Part shown: positions 27,785 through 37,770 of the stretch, piece by piece | How the letters are laid out: each line of letters opens with the position of its first letter | Numbering within the stretch: the stretch's first letter is position 1 | Virus record (IMG/VR): IMGVR_UViG_3300010316_000005 | Location: 32,001 to 96,000 of that record | Length of the DNA: 64,000 nucleotides | Source of the DNA: a virus | Reading direction: 5' to 3' (one strand) | Program-made: the position numbers and the translations under genes | The notes under the pieces: generated by a model | Database searches by the model: none | The model's input: the letters and a program-made list of their open reading frames with translations, nothing else | Told to the model about the DNA's origin: nothing

Positions 27785-30478
27785 ATGCCATACGTAGACG
27801 GTTTTTTTGACCGAGACAACGACGTTATTAAAATAGTTGAAAGAGTAGACGGAAAAAGAGTTTACCAAGACTATCAATCAAAATACACATTCTATTACGA
27901 AGATCCAAAAGGCAAGTACAAGAGTACATACGGCCACCCGCTAAGTAAAATTGTATGCAAGAATACAAAAGACTTCCGCAAAGAACTAGCAATTAACAAA
28001 GACAAACATCTATTTGAATCAGATATCAATCCAATCTTTCAATGCTTGTCAGAACATTACCTCAATCAAGATGCGCCCAAACTAAATGTATGTTTCTTCG
28101 ACATCGAAACTGACTTCGATCCCGAAAGAGGGTTTGCGCCGCCCGAGGATCCATTTATGCCAATCACTGCTATTACTGTGAATTTACAGTGGCTAGATGT
28201 ATTAATCACAATAGCTATTCCGCCAAAGGGATTGCCATTTGAAGAAGCCAAGGCGATGTGTAAAGAACGTTGGGGCGAAGATGTTGTATTGTTTACTAAC
28301 GATTCAAATCACGCAGGCGAGCAACAAATGCTACAGACGTTCCTTGATCTAATCGAGGATGCTGATATCTTAAGTGGATGGAACTCAGAAGGGTACGATA
28401 TTCCGTACACTGTTAACAGAGTTAAGCGTATTTTAAGCAGCAATGACACACGGAGATTCTGCCTATGGGATCAAAAGCCAAAGCGTAGAGAGTTTGAAAA
28501 GTTCGGAAAGACTTCGGAAACGTATGACCTTGTTGGTCGCGTTCACCTTGACAGCTTGAACTTATACAGAAAATACACATACGAAGAACGCCACAGTTAC
28601 AGACTTGACGCAATTGGCGAAATGGAAATTGGCGAGAACAAAACTGTTTACGAAGGTACGCTGGATCAACTCTACAACAAAGACTTTAAAAAGTTTATCG
28701 AATACAACAGACAAGACACTGCGTTGCTAGACAAGCTAGATAAGAAGCTGCGCTTCATTGACCTTAGCAACGAACTAGCACACGCCAACACAGTGCTTCT
28801 ACAGACTACCATGGGCGCGGTTGCTGTTACTGAGCAAGCTATTATCAACGAAGCACACAGACGCGGGCTACAAGTGCCTAATCGCAAACCGCGCGAAGAT
28901 GGTGCTACTCAAGCTGCTGGCGCTTACGTTGCGTTTCCTAAAAAAGGACTACACAAGTGGATTGGGTCAATGGACTTGAACTCACTGTATCCGGCAGTTA
29001 TTCGCTCGCTAAACATGGCTCCAGAAACTATCGTTGGTCAGATTAGACCGGATACTTCTAACAGCCGTGTCGAGGCTGACATGAACATAAAGAAGAAAAG
29101 CTTTGCTGGATCGTGGGAAGGACGTTTTGCTACTGAAGAATATGAAGCTGTAATGGAACAACGCAGAGATGTTCCACTTATTATAGACTGGGAAGATGGC
29201 GCAGTTGATACACTTAGCGGTGCTGAGATTCATAAGATGATCTTTGATAGCAATCAACCATGGATGCTAAGTGCTAATGGTACAATCTTTACAACAGAGT
29301 TTGAAGGCGTTATTCCGGGTATTCTAAAGCGTTGGTACAGTGAGCGTAAAGAACTACAAGCTAAACTTAAAAAGGCAAGAGAAGCAGGCAACGATGCTGA
29401 AATTGCATTTTGGGACAAAAGACAGCTTGTTAAGAAGATTAACTTGAACAGCTTGTACGGTGCTATTCTTAACCCAGGCTGTAGATTCTTTGACAAACGA
29501 ATTGGACAATCAACTACGCTAACCGGTAGACAAATTGTTAAGCACATGAGTGCAGAGGTTAACAAGACGATTACAGGCGAGTACGATCATGTTGGCGAAA
29601 GTGTTATCTACGGTGATACCGACTCTGTGTATTTTAGTGCGTACCCTGTTCTTAAAGCCGACATCGATGCTGGACATATACCTTGGTCAAAAGAAACTGT
29701 TATACAATTGTACGATCAAGTAGCGGAGCAAGCTAACTCAACGTTCCCAGACTTTATGAGCAGAGCGTTTCATTGTCCGCGGTCGCGCAGTGACGTCATT
29801 GCTGCGGGACGTGAAATTGTTGGTAGCTCTGGGTTGTTTATCACTAAGAAGCGTTATGCTATTATGGTGTATGACGACGAAGGCAATCGTAAGGATACAG
29901 ATGACAGCCCAGGCAAGACTAAAGTTATGGGCTTAGATCTGCGTCGTTCTGATACTCCGGTGTTTATGCAAGACTTCTTAAAAGAAATCTTAGGCATGGT
30001 ACTACAGGACGCCGACGAGAAAAGTGTACTAGACAGAATTACTAAGTTCCGTAATGAGTTTGAAAGTATGCCGGGGTGGGAAAAAGGTACACCCAAGCGA
30101 GTAAACAAACTCAGTCATTATCGTAGGCTAGAAGAAAAACAAGGCAAGGCAAATATGCCAGGTCACGTTAGAGCTGCCCTTAACTGGAACACATTGAAGC
30201 GTATGAACAGTGACAAGTATTCACAAGAAATTGTTGACGGCATGAAGGTTATTGTTTGTAAGCTAAAGGGTAATCCACTGGGATACACATCTGTGGCATA
30301 TCCCACAGACGAACTACGTATTCCGGATTGGTTCAAGGAGATGCCATTTGACACAAATGCAATGAGCGAAACTATCATTGATAACAAGATTGGCAACCTC
30401 ATTGGTGTTCTAGACTATGACTTAGAGTCAACTAAGCAGTACACTACATTTAACAACTTGTTTGACTTTGGAGATTGA
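27785..30478 (+). CDS. Family B DNA polymerase (gp43-like)
   Basis: FFDIETD, GWNSEGYD, YNRQD, DLNSLYP, KKINLNSLYG, YGDTDS, KKRY; AGGAG before ATG 27785. Confidence 0.96.
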   Translation: MPYVDGFFDRDNDVIKIVERVDGKRVYQDYQSKYTFYYEDPKGKYKSTYGHPLSKIVCKNTKDFRKELAINKDKHLFESDINPIFQCLSEHYLNQDAPKLNVCFFDIETDFDPERGFAPPEDPFMPITAITVNLQWLDVLITIAIPPKGLPFEEAKAMCKERWGEDVVLFTNDSNHAGEQQMLQTFLDLIEDADILSGWNSEGYDIPYTVNRVKRILSSNDTRRFCLWDQKPKRREFEKFGKTSETYDLVGRVHLDSLNLYRKYTYEERHSYRLDAIGEMEIGENKTVYEGTLDQLYNKDFKKFIEYNRQDTALLDKLDKKLRFIDLSNELAHANTVLLQTTMGAVAVTEQAIINEAHRRGLQVPNRKPREDGATQAAGAYVAFPKKGLHKWIGSMDLNSLYPAVIRSLNMAPETIVGQIRPDTSNSRVEADMNIKKKSFAGSWEGRFATEEYEAVMEQRRDVPLIIDWEDGAVDTLSGAEIHKMIFDSNQPWMLSANGTIFTTEFEGVIPGILKRWYSERKELQAKLKKAREAGNDAEIAFWDKRQLVKKINLNSLYGAILNPGCRFFDKRIGQSTTLTGRQIVKHMSAEVNKTITGEYDHVGESVIYGDTDSVYFSAYPVLKADIDAGHIPWSKETVIQLYDQVAEQANSTFPDFMSRAFHCPRSRSDVIAAGREIVGSSGLFITKKRYAIMVYDDEGNRKDTDDSPGKTKVMGLDLRRSDTPVFMQDFLKEILGMVLQDADEKSVLDRITKFRNEFESMPGWEKGTPKRVNKLSHYRRLEEKQGKANMPGHVRAALNWNTLKRMNSDKYSQEIVDGMKVIVCKLKGNPLGYTSVAYPTDELRIPDWFKEMPFDTNAMSETIIDNKIGNLIGVLDYDLESTKQYTTFNNLFDFGD

Positions 30479-30479
30479 T

Positions 30480-30893
30480 ATGATTGCAGGATTCACTTGT
30501 AGTGCTTGGGATCTACTTCACGCGGGACATGTTCAAATGTTGCGCGAAGCAAAGGATCAATGCGAATATTTAATCTGCGGATTGCAAGTAGATCCTACTA
30601 TCGATCGGCCGTCTAAGAATTCGCCAGTGCAAACCATTGTTGAAAGGTATACCCAACTAAAGGGTGTGAGGTATGTAGACGAAATAATACCTTACACTAC
30701 CGAAGCTGACCTTGAAGATATACTTTCTATGTATCATATTGATGTCAGAATACTAGGCGATGAATATCGTGAGATGGATTTTACTGGCAAAGACATCTGC
30801 AAGAAGCGAGGGATACAACTCTACTTTAATAAACGCGAGCACCGGTTTAGCAGCAGTGACCTTAGACAAAGAGTGACGGAGAGTAACAAATGA
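30480..30893 (+). CDS. Cytidylyltransferase (TagD-like)
   Basis: WDLLHAGH, GLQVD, YVDEI, FSSSDLR. Confidence 0.85.
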   Translation: MIAGFTCSAWDLLHAGHVQMLREAKDQCEYLICGLQVDPTIDRPSKNSPVQTIVERYTQLKGVRYVDEIIPYTTEADLEDILSMYHIDVRILGDEYREMDFTGKDICKKRGIQLYFNKREHRFSSSDLRQRVTESNK

Positions 30894-31054
30894 CCAACGA
30901 AACCCTCGAGTACCAAGTGACTCAACTAACTAAGCAAGTTGAACAGCTAGAACAAGAACTAGCACTTCTAAAAAATGAACTCAGCACAATTAGATTTGAA
31001 GGATGTTGGAAGTATCACGAAGATCCGCATCATAGACATACACCAAAGGAATGA
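30890..31054 (+). CDS. Small coiled-coil protein (54 aa, not in ORF track)
   Basis: ATGA coupling; MTNETLEYQVTQLTKQVEQLEQEL. Confidence 0.55.
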   Translation: MTNETLEYQVTQLTKQVEQLEQELALLKNELSTIRFEGCWKYHEDPHHRHTPKE

Positions 31055-31087
31055 TCTAAATAATCAAGAGAACCTTCGAAAAAACGC

Positions 31088-31116
31088 TTGACTTTCAAGT
31101 ACTTAGATATTACAAT
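31088..31116 (+). promoter_or_regulatory. Sigma70-type promoter
   Basis: TTGACT-17-TACAAT. Confidence 0.65.
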
Positions 31117-31137
31117 AAAACAAATGGAGAAACATAT

Positions 31138-31866
31138 ATGAAAGATATACTACAAGACATCGTCGCTCACACGCACAGCTTGGGCTTCTTAACCTTAGTC
31201 AAAGTTACGTCAGAGTCTGACACTCTAATTGACTCAATGGCAGAAGACCGTTCTGTTATTATGAGCGCAACTACACACAAGCCAATCGACGAGTTTGACG
31301 GTGTGTTTGGTATGCCCAACCTAGATAAATTGAATTTGCACTTGAAGAACCCAGAGTACAAAGAAAATGCTAATATTGAAGTTGTCGTTGTTGAGAAGAA
31401 CGGCGAACAAGTGCCGACGCACATTCACTTTGAAAACCAAGCAGGCGACTTCCAGAACGACTATCGCTTTATGAGCCGCGCTGTCATTGACGAGAAACTA
31501 AAGAGCGTTAAGTTCAAGGGCGCAGCATGGAATGTAGAATTTCAGCCAAGTATGGCTTCAATTCAAAGAATGAAGCTAATGTCAGCAGCACACTCCGAAG
31601 AGCCTAACTTTAACGTAAGCACCAAAGACGGCGACCTAGTGTTTAGCTTCGGTGACCTTAGTACACACGCAGGCGAATTTGTTTTCGAAGCAGGCGTTGA
31701 AGGTAAGCTATCGCACACTTGGAGTTGGCCGGTTTCTGCGGTGCAGTCTGTGTTAAACTTAGACGGCGACGTTACTATGAGTATTTCGGACCAAGGCGCA
31801 ATGATGATCAGCGTAGACTCTGGTTTGGCCAAGTATGACTACATACTACCAGCACAAAGCAAATAA
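31138..31866 (+). CDS. Probable DNA sliding clamp (gp45/PCNA-like)
   Basis: 242 aa, acidic alpha/beta repeat, C-terminal YDYILPA; near polB, clamp loader present. Confidence 0.5.
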   Translation: MKDILQDIVAHTHSLGFLTLVKVTSESDTLIDSMAEDRSVIMSATTHKPIDEFDGVFGMPNLDKLNLHLKNPEYKENANIEVVVVEKNGEQVPTHIHFENQAGDFQNDYRFMSRAVIDEKLKSVKFKGAAWNVEFQPSMASIQRMKLMSAAHSEEPNFNVSTKDGDLVFSFGDLSTHAGEFVFEAGVEGKLSHTWSWPVSAVQSVLNLDGDVTMSISDQGAMMISVDSGLAKYDYILPAQSK

Positions 31867-31876
31867 GGAGACTGTA

Positions 31877-32326
31877 ATGTCTGAAGAATTTAATATCTAC
31901 GAATTTGGAAAAATGTTTGATGCCGCAATGTCGTCGGACAATCCAAGTGTTAAAAAAGCACTAAGAAACTTTATGATGATCTGCGCAATGGTTCATGCAG
32001 AAGACGACGCTACTTCTAAAGATGCCGGTCCATTCCAGCAAGTATTTCATCGTCTTGACGAATTAGAACGAAGAATAAACAACATTGATTACAGTAAGAC
32101 TTCTGACTACGGTCAGTACAAGAAGTCTTATGACAGCACTTGGGCAACAGGAAGTCCGTATACTACCGGGACTGGCGCTAGTAGTATTCCATACTCTGGG
32201 ACAATGACTCAGTATAATGGAGTAAATATTAGTTCTGACACTGTTACTTGGAACCGCTCTGTAAAAGAGATAGAAGATGAATTAGGCCGGCAATTACTTA
32301 CCTTGATGAACAAAGGACAAGTATGA
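31877..32326 (+). CDS. Hypothetical protein
   Basis: AAGGAG RBS. Confidence 0.6.
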   Translation: MSEEFNIYEFGKMFDAAMSSDNPSVKKALRNFMMICAMVHAEDDATSKDAGPFQQVFHRLDELERRINNIDYSKTSDYGQYKKSYDSTWATGSPYTTGTGASSIPYSGTMTQYNGVNISSDTVTWNRSVKEIEDELGRQLLTLMNKGQV

Positions 32327-33894
32327 CCAGAGACTTAACTTCTACTCAAAAAGATTATGCGACTTTTCTTCCAGCACTTAGTGGGTTTTACGCAACGTAT
32401 GTAGGTAAACAACGATTTGACGAGTATGTTAAGCTTTCTAGAATACCAAGCAACTTTAAGCACGGTATAGAAAGCTTAAACTATCTTAACGCAGACGAAG
32501 GCCAATTTACTTACAAGTGGAGTCTTTATTCTGCAGGACACGCTGACTTGGACACAACAAAAATTGTGCCCAAGGAAGATATGGTTCGAAATAGAGATCG
32601 CGAAAATACTTGGCTGTTGGGCGACAGCGGCGGGTTCCAAATTGGTAAAGGTGTTTGGGAAGGCGACTGGAAAGATCCAAACTGTCCTAAAGCACAAAAG
32701 AAACGAGACGGCGTACTACGCTGGATGGATGCATATATGGACTATGGAATGATTCTTGATATTCCAGCGTGGGTTGCTCGTAGCCCAGCGGGTGCGAAAG
32801 CAACTGGCATCAACAACTATACTGACGCTGTAAACGCAACACGCATTAACAATGACTACTGGATGAAGCATCGTACTGGTGCCTGTAAGTTCTTAAACGT
32901 TCTACAGGGTGAGAATCACGCAGATGCAGACGACTGGTACAATCAGATGAAAGACTATTGCGATCCAAAGAAGTATCCTAACGATCACTTCAATGGGTGG
33001 TCCATGGGTGGTCAAAATATGTGCGATGTACATCTTGTACTAAAGCGACTTGTAGAACTACGCTTCGACGGATTGATAGAAAAAGGCGTGCAGGATGTAA
33101 TGCACTTTCTCGGAACATCAAAACTAGAGTGGGCAGTGTTACTTACTGACATTCAGAGAGCTATACGCAAGCACCATAATGAAAACTTTATGATCACATT
33201 CGACTGTGCTAGCCCGTTCCTCGCAACAGCTAACGGACAGATATATATTCAAAACGAAACACCTGCTAACGGCAAGTGGACATACCGAATGGTTCCTAGC
33301 GTAGACGACAAAAAGTATGCGCCGGATCAAAGGGGCTTTAGAGACACAGTGCTACAAGATGGTATTTTCAAAAACTTCGAAGATAGCCCACTTACTACTG
33401 GTCTTAAAATTAGTGACATCTGTCACTATGCTCCTGGTGATTTAAACAAGATCGGTAAAGAAGGCAAGACCAGCTGGGATAGCTTTTCATACGCTATACA
33501 AATGGGGCACAATGTCTGGAGTCACATCAACGCTGTACAAGAAGCTAACAGACAGTATGACAACAGCATACGTCCAACTATGCTAGTTGCTAGTAAGATG
33601 AAGGGCAAGCAATTTGCTCAACATAGACTAGACTACTTTAGAGATATCGTAAACGAGATCTTTGCTACAGACGACAAAGAAAAAGCGTTGGCTATTATCG
33701 AAGAGTTCAATCGTTATTGGATGGACATTCCGGGGACACGCGGTGCTATTGGCAAGAAGACAGTAAACTCTAGCACCTACTTTGGATCATTGTTTGAAGA
33801 AACTGCTCCAGTAGCAGAAGTAATTGCTGATGATGAATTTGACGAAGAAGCAGTTCATAAACTTGAATTACTCGAAGACGAAGATAACGATTGA
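32323..33894 (+). CDS. tRNA/DNA-guanine transglycosylase-like protein (TGT/DpdA family)
   Basis: LGDSGGFQ, MILDIP, NVLQG, MHFLG, TFDCAS; colocated with queD/folE/queE. Confidence 0.75.
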   Translation: MTRDLTSTQKDYATFLPALSGFYATYVGKQRFDEYVKLSRIPSNFKHGIESLNYLNADEGQFTYKWSLYSAGHADLDTTKIVPKEDMVRNRDRENTWLLGDSGGFQIGKGVWEGDWKDPNCPKAQKKRDGVLRWMDAYMDYGMILDIPAWVARSPAGAKATGINNYTDAVNATRINNDYWMKHRTGACKFLNVLQGENHADADDWYNQMKDYCDPKKYPNDHFNGWSMGGQNMCDVHLVLKRLVELRFDGLIEKGVQDVMHFLGTSKLEWAVLLTDIQRAIRKHHNENFMITFDCASPFLATANGQIYIQNETPANGKWTYRMVPSVDDKKYAPDQRGFRDTVLQDGIFKNFEDSPLTTGLKISDICHYAPGDLNKIGKEGKTSWDSFSYAIQMGHNVWSHINAVQEANRQYDNSIRPTMLVASKMKGKQFAQHRLDYFRDIVNEIFATDDKEKALAIIEEFNRYWMDIPGTRGAIGKKTVNSSTYFGSLFEETAPVAEVIADDEFDEEAVHKLELLEDEDND

Positions 33895-33919
33895 CATCTA
33901 GTCAAGATAGTTATATAGT
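33891..33919 (+). promoter_or_regulatory. Sigma70-type promoter
   Basis: TTGACA-17-TATAGT. Confidence 0.65.
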
Positions 33920-33946
33920 AAACTTACACATTAAACAGGATTAACA

Positions 33947-34471
33947 ATGAATAGAGATTACGATAGCGGCGAAAGTAACACTGCTACCTTCTTCATAGGT
34001 ACAGAAGTAGAACATACTCCTGCTTACGGACTAAAGACATTATTTGTAGTAGGCGTACAAGACTTCCAGAAGGTGTTCGACTATTATCATGGACAAAGTT
34101 GTGAGCATATTTTCTTTGGAGCAAATCATAGTTTTACTCCGACACTAGGAGACTATGAAGGCTGGAAGCAGTGGGAAGATATGATTATGCCTCTACTAGA
34201 GGACGGTATGCTTTGTAGTCTAGACATTCCATTAAGCCATGTTGAAGAATTTAATGATAGCGGGTTTAATTCGTATGACAATTTTATTCCGCAAATCCGT
34301 GTTCCTATTCCATATATAAAGCTATGGAACTACAACACTATGATTAAAATCGACGATATTGGATTTCAGAAAACAAACCCTGGTGTTTGGTCTCACAGCT
34401 TACACGATCTTATGGATCGTGAAAAGTTTACTGACTGGTCCAAGTACGGCGCAGATAAAATTATCAAATAA
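33947..34471 (+). CDS. Hypothetical protein within 7-deazaguanine locus
   Basis: EVEHTPAYG, HIFFGANHSF, KIDD..F..TNPGVW. Confidence 0.65.
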   Translation: MNRDYDSGESNTATFFIGTEVEHTPAYGLKTLFVVGVQDFQKVFDYYHGQSCEHIFFGANHSFTPTLGDYEGWKQWEDMIMPLLEDGMLCSLDIPLSHVEEFNDSGFNSYDNFIPQIRVPIPYIKLWNYNTMIKIDDIGFQKTNPGVWSHSLHDLMDREKFTDWSKYGADKIIK

Positions 34472-34481
34472 GGAGTAACAA

Positions 34482-34841
34482 ATGACCAAAAAAGTAATGA
34501 CGTTCATTAAAATTAGAACAGAGTTTGAAGGATACCATTTTTATCCCGGGGCTGGAAAAATTGATGAAAGAATTAAATTTTTAGAAAACTGTCACCGACA
34601 CACTTTTAAAGTAGAGGTAAAGATATCAGTTACACATTTAGACAGAGAATTAGAGTTTTTTCTTGTAAAATGGAATTTGCAAGATTTTATTAAATCAGGA
34701 AATTATAATCATAAATCATGTGAGATGATTGCTACTGATATATTAGAAAATCACCTACTGCCTGCCTATGGTGAAAGATATTATGAAATTACTGTGTCAG
34801 AGGACGGCGAATCCGATGGTATTATCGAGTATACTCCTTAA
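34482..34841 (+). CDS. queD: 6-carboxytetrahydropterin synthase-like (T-fold)
   Basis: FEGYH...CHRHTF...SCE.IA...VSED; locus context. Confidence 0.65.
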   Translation: MTKKVMTFIKIRTEFEGYHFYPGAGKIDERIKFLENCHRHTFKVEVKISVTHLDRELEFFLVKWNLQDFIKSGNYNHKSCEMIATDILENHLLPAYGERYYEITVSEDGESDGIIEYTP

Positions 34842-35553
34842 TTAATTCTTCTATAGTTATAGAACATCGAGTCCTCTTAGATCTATTAACTGATTTAGGC
34901 AATAATTCAAGATTAGAAAAATGTCCAATAATGGCAGGATCTATCTTTTGCCTAAATCCTTCTGTAATACTAAATTTATGATCTAGTTCGTAATCATTTC
35001 CTCTCTTTAAATTTAGAGGATTAATGATATGCTGGTAATGTTTCCAACTCTTATTAGTGTAATTAAGGACTTGTTCTCTATATAACATCCAATCATTTTT
35101 TTGTTCTTTGGGTACAGCTAGGCCTCTAGATATCTTAGTTTTTGTTGCATTTGCATAACACGCCGTATCCCTCATTTTTGCCTTTTTAGACAATCTTTGT
35201 TTAGATTTTTCGCTATGACTCTTTCCGTACATAGGGTTATTATTCCCAGAGTGTCCGCCGCGATTGCTGACCGCATTAGAAATCTTGTTGCCTTTCTCTG
35301 CAATCCAGGCACTATCTAAGTGCAAGTCTTTGAGTGCTGAATTGCCACGGCGACTCATCATTTTCATATGATTTGTTCGATCTTCCTTAGTCATGCTCTT
35401 CTGCCTAGACGCTTCTGCTTTTTTAATAAATCCGGGACATTGTGTAATCTTTTCGACACAACGCATCTTTTTAGAATTATAACTGATGAAGAATGCTTGT
35501 TCACTACACAAGTGGCACAAGTTGTTAGGATTATGATCGTTAAGTTTTGGCAC
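34822..35553 (-). mobile_element. Free-standing HNH homing endonuclease with NUMOD3 and Zn-finger
   Basis: CHLC..C..C; NPMYGKSHSEKSK; ELDHK...NLELL...NRSK. Confidence 0.8.
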
Positions 35554-35592
35554 GGTTCTATCTCGCTATCGTTATGTTATTTATCTTTTCAG

Positions 35593-35621
35593 TTGACTAC
35601 GTCTAGCATATATGCTATTAT
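35593..35621 (+). promoter_or_regulatory. Sigma70-type promoter, extended -10
   Basis: TTGACT-17-TATTAT with TG. Confidence 0.6.
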
Positions 35622-35684
35622 AATAGCGTAAGTAAAAATAAGTTTCTTACATATGTTAATTTTTTATCCAAGAGAGCTAAACCA

Positions 35685-35876
35685 ATGACTATCAAAAATA
35701 CCCTTGTTGAAAAAATCTTCAACGATCTTGACGCATACCGCGACTGGTGCCGGTTTGAAGGCAAAGTGTACGACGAAAAAGCACTTTACAACCGCAAGGA
35801 TTCAAACTGGCAGGGCTACGAGAAGTATAAAAACTATCTCAGAGCCAAGGCAAGGTCAGAAAACAAGCAACGCTAA
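35685..35876 (+). CDS. Small hypothetical protein
   Basis: Own promoter and terminator; IFNDLDAYRDWCRFEG. Confidence 0.65.
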   Translation: MTIKNTLVEKIFNDLDAYRDWCRFEGKVYDEKALYNRKDSNWQGYEKYKNYLRAKARSENKQR

Positions 35877-35894
35877 TTCTTGCCAGCTACCTGG

Positions 35895-35927
35895 AAAATG
35901 ACGCCTTCTTAGGCGTCATTTTTCTTA
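35895..35927 (+). terminator. Intrinsic terminator
   Basis: AAAATGACGCCT-tctt-AGGCGTCATTTT then T-rich. Confidence 0.8.
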
Positions 35928-35935
35928 TTTAATTA

Positions 35936-35964
35936 TTGACACACTATTCACTTTATGTTATCAT
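35936..35964 (+). promoter_or_regulatory. Sigma70-type promoter
   Basis: TTGACA-17-TATCAT with TG. Confidence 0.65.
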
Positions 35965-35985
35965 ATGCTTATAAGGATTTAAACG

Positions 35986-36015
35986 ATGACCATTTATATT
36001 ATAGAAAAAATATAA
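35986..36015 (+). pseudogene. Orphaned duplicate 5' start of glycosyltransferase
   Basis: TAAGGAT + MTIYIIEKI* directly before TAAGGAT + MTIYVIDLE. Confidence 0.65.
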
Positions 36016-36024
36016 GGATAAAAT

Positions 36025-37116
36025 ATGACTATATATGTTATAGATTTAGAAAGCGTTCAGTCAAGGTACACTGCTCAATGGAAAGAGCATTTGCCTAAGC
36101 AATTGATGCTTGCTACAAATAAAACTGTCGAAGTTATCAGTGGTGGAGAAACTCCGCAAGCAACTACTCCGGGTGCGTTTCTCAACTTCGGCGGCACGAA
36201 CGTGTACAAGTCTAAGCAGTTAGAAATAATCGGCGAAAAGTTTTGCAATGGCGAAATCAATGACGGCGATTACTTTTTATACACTGATGCGTGGAACCCT
36301 ACAGTTATTCAGTTAAAGTATATGAGTGAACTACTAGGCGTTGACATTAAGATAGGCGGCATGTGGCACGCCGGTTCGTATGACCCGCAAGACTTTCTTG
36401 GACGACTAATAGGCGATGCTCCCTGGGTGCGTTCAGCAGAACACAGTATGTTTAGCTGTTACGATGACAACTTTTTTGCAACGCAGTTTCATATCAATAT
36501 GTTTGCTAATGAGACATTTGCATGGAACGATGGCAATGGCTGGCACTGCGATACACCACAAGAAGCTAATACTTCAATTAAGTTAGTTGGCTGGCCTATG
36601 GAGTATCTTCATGATAGCCTAGCAGAATATAAAAACATGCCTAAAGAAAACCTTATATTGTTTCCACATCGCATTGCGCCAGAGAAGCAAGTTGATATCT
36701 TTAAGGATCTAGCAAAGCAGCTTCCCGAGTATGAATTTGTAATATGTCAAGAACAGCAACTTTCTAAAGAGGAATACCACAGCTTGCTCGGACGTGCTAA
36801 GGTAGTGTTTAGCGCAAACCTACAAGAAACACTGGGCATTAGCTGGTACGAAGGCGCGTTGGTTGATGCTATTCCTATGGTGCCCGATCGCCTAAGTTAT
36901 AGCGAAATGGCAATACAAGAATTTAAATACCCAAGTGCGTGGACCCAAGACTGGGATTCATATCAAGCTAATAAAGAAGCACTTGTCGGACGTCTGAAAT
37001 ATTATATCGAGCATTACGAAGAATTTGATGACGTATTGGACTATCAAGTATCAAAGCTAAACAAAGAATTCTTTAGCGGTGATGCTCTTTACAAAGGAAT
37101 TAAAGATGGAAGATGA
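36025..37116 (+). CDS. GT-B glycosyltransferase
   Basis: FPHRIAPEK...QETLGISWYEG..VP.RLSY.E (EX7E-like). Confidence 0.75.
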   Translation: MTIYVIDLESVQSRYTAQWKEHLPKQLMLATNKTVEVISGGETPQATTPGAFLNFGGTNVYKSKQLEIIGEKFCNGEINDGDYFLYTDAWNPTVIQLKYMSELLGVDIKIGGMWHAGSYDPQDFLGRLIGDAPWVRSAEHSMFSCYDDNFFATQFHINMFANETFAWNDGNGWHCDTPQEANTSIKLVGWPMEYLHDSLAEYKNMPKENLILFPHRIAPEKQVDIFKDLAKQLPEYEFVICQEQQLSKEEYHSLLGRAKVVFSANLQETLGISWYEGALVDAIPMVPDRLSYSEMAIQEFKYPSAWTQDWDSYQANKEALVGRLKYYIEHYEEFDDVLDYQVSKLNKEFFSGDALYKGIKDGR

Positions 37117-37426
37117 TAACGAATACAGCACTATAGATGCTAGCACTATGCACGATCAGGCATATATTTACGACATTAACAGTAATATAACTATATCGTC
37201 GTCGACGTTTATGGACTCTCCGTCCAAGACAATTATCAATACTCCGCTAGAAGTTAACGGACGTGATATTCTAGCAGAGCTAGACGAACTGCGTGAGGCT
37301 CTTGTTTTGATTTGTAGAGACATTGACATGGAAGAGAAGTATCCAGAGCTCACAAAAATCAAAGAGCAATACGACGCAGCCCTAGCAAAATACAAAACAT
37401 TCGACACAATAAAGGAATCAAAATGA
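37106..37426 (+). CDS. Hypothetical protein
   Basis: AAGGA RBS; C-terminal EEKYPEL..Y helix. Confidence 0.55.
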   Translation: MEDDNEYSTIDASTMHDQAYIYDINSNITISSSTFMDSPSKTIINTPLEVNGRDILAELDELREALVLICRDIDMEEKYPELTKIKEQYDAALAKYKTFDTIKESK

Positions 37427-37770
37427 TTAATATATCCAGTTTAGACGGGTCATTGATAGTAAACGGAAATTCTGCAGTGCCATATCATACCATCGACACT
37501 TACAATAGTAAACCGATGCAAGGACACATTAGACTAAACGGTAGTAGCCTCGAATACTGGGACGGAAATATGTGGTGTTACATGCCAACTCCTGACTATA
37601 CAGTACAGCTAGATCCAACTATTAGAGACTGGATTACTAAAAAGATGGTCGAGGAACAGAGAGTCGAAAGGCTTGCTGAAGCGTTTCCTGCTCTTGCTAC
37701 CGCAAAAAAGAACTACGATACAATTTTAGCACTAGTAGAAAGCGAAGACAATGGCACTACCACCTCGTAG
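37423..37770 (+). CDS. Hypothetical protein
   Basis: ATGA coupling. Confidence 0.55.
   Translation: MINISSLDGSLIVNGNSAVPYHTIDTYNSKPMQGHIRLNGSSLEYWDGNMWCYMPTPDYTVQLDPTIRDWITKKMVEEQRVERLAEAFPALATAKKNYDTILALVESEDNGTTTS

Noticed and set aside
33891-33905. Palindrome TTGAC-ATCTA-GTCAA over a -35 box as an operator
   Set aside because: Single short instance, not repeated at other promoters.
35554-35684. Orphan queD 3' end beyond the HNH gene
   Set aside because: No recognisable duplicate peptide on inspection.
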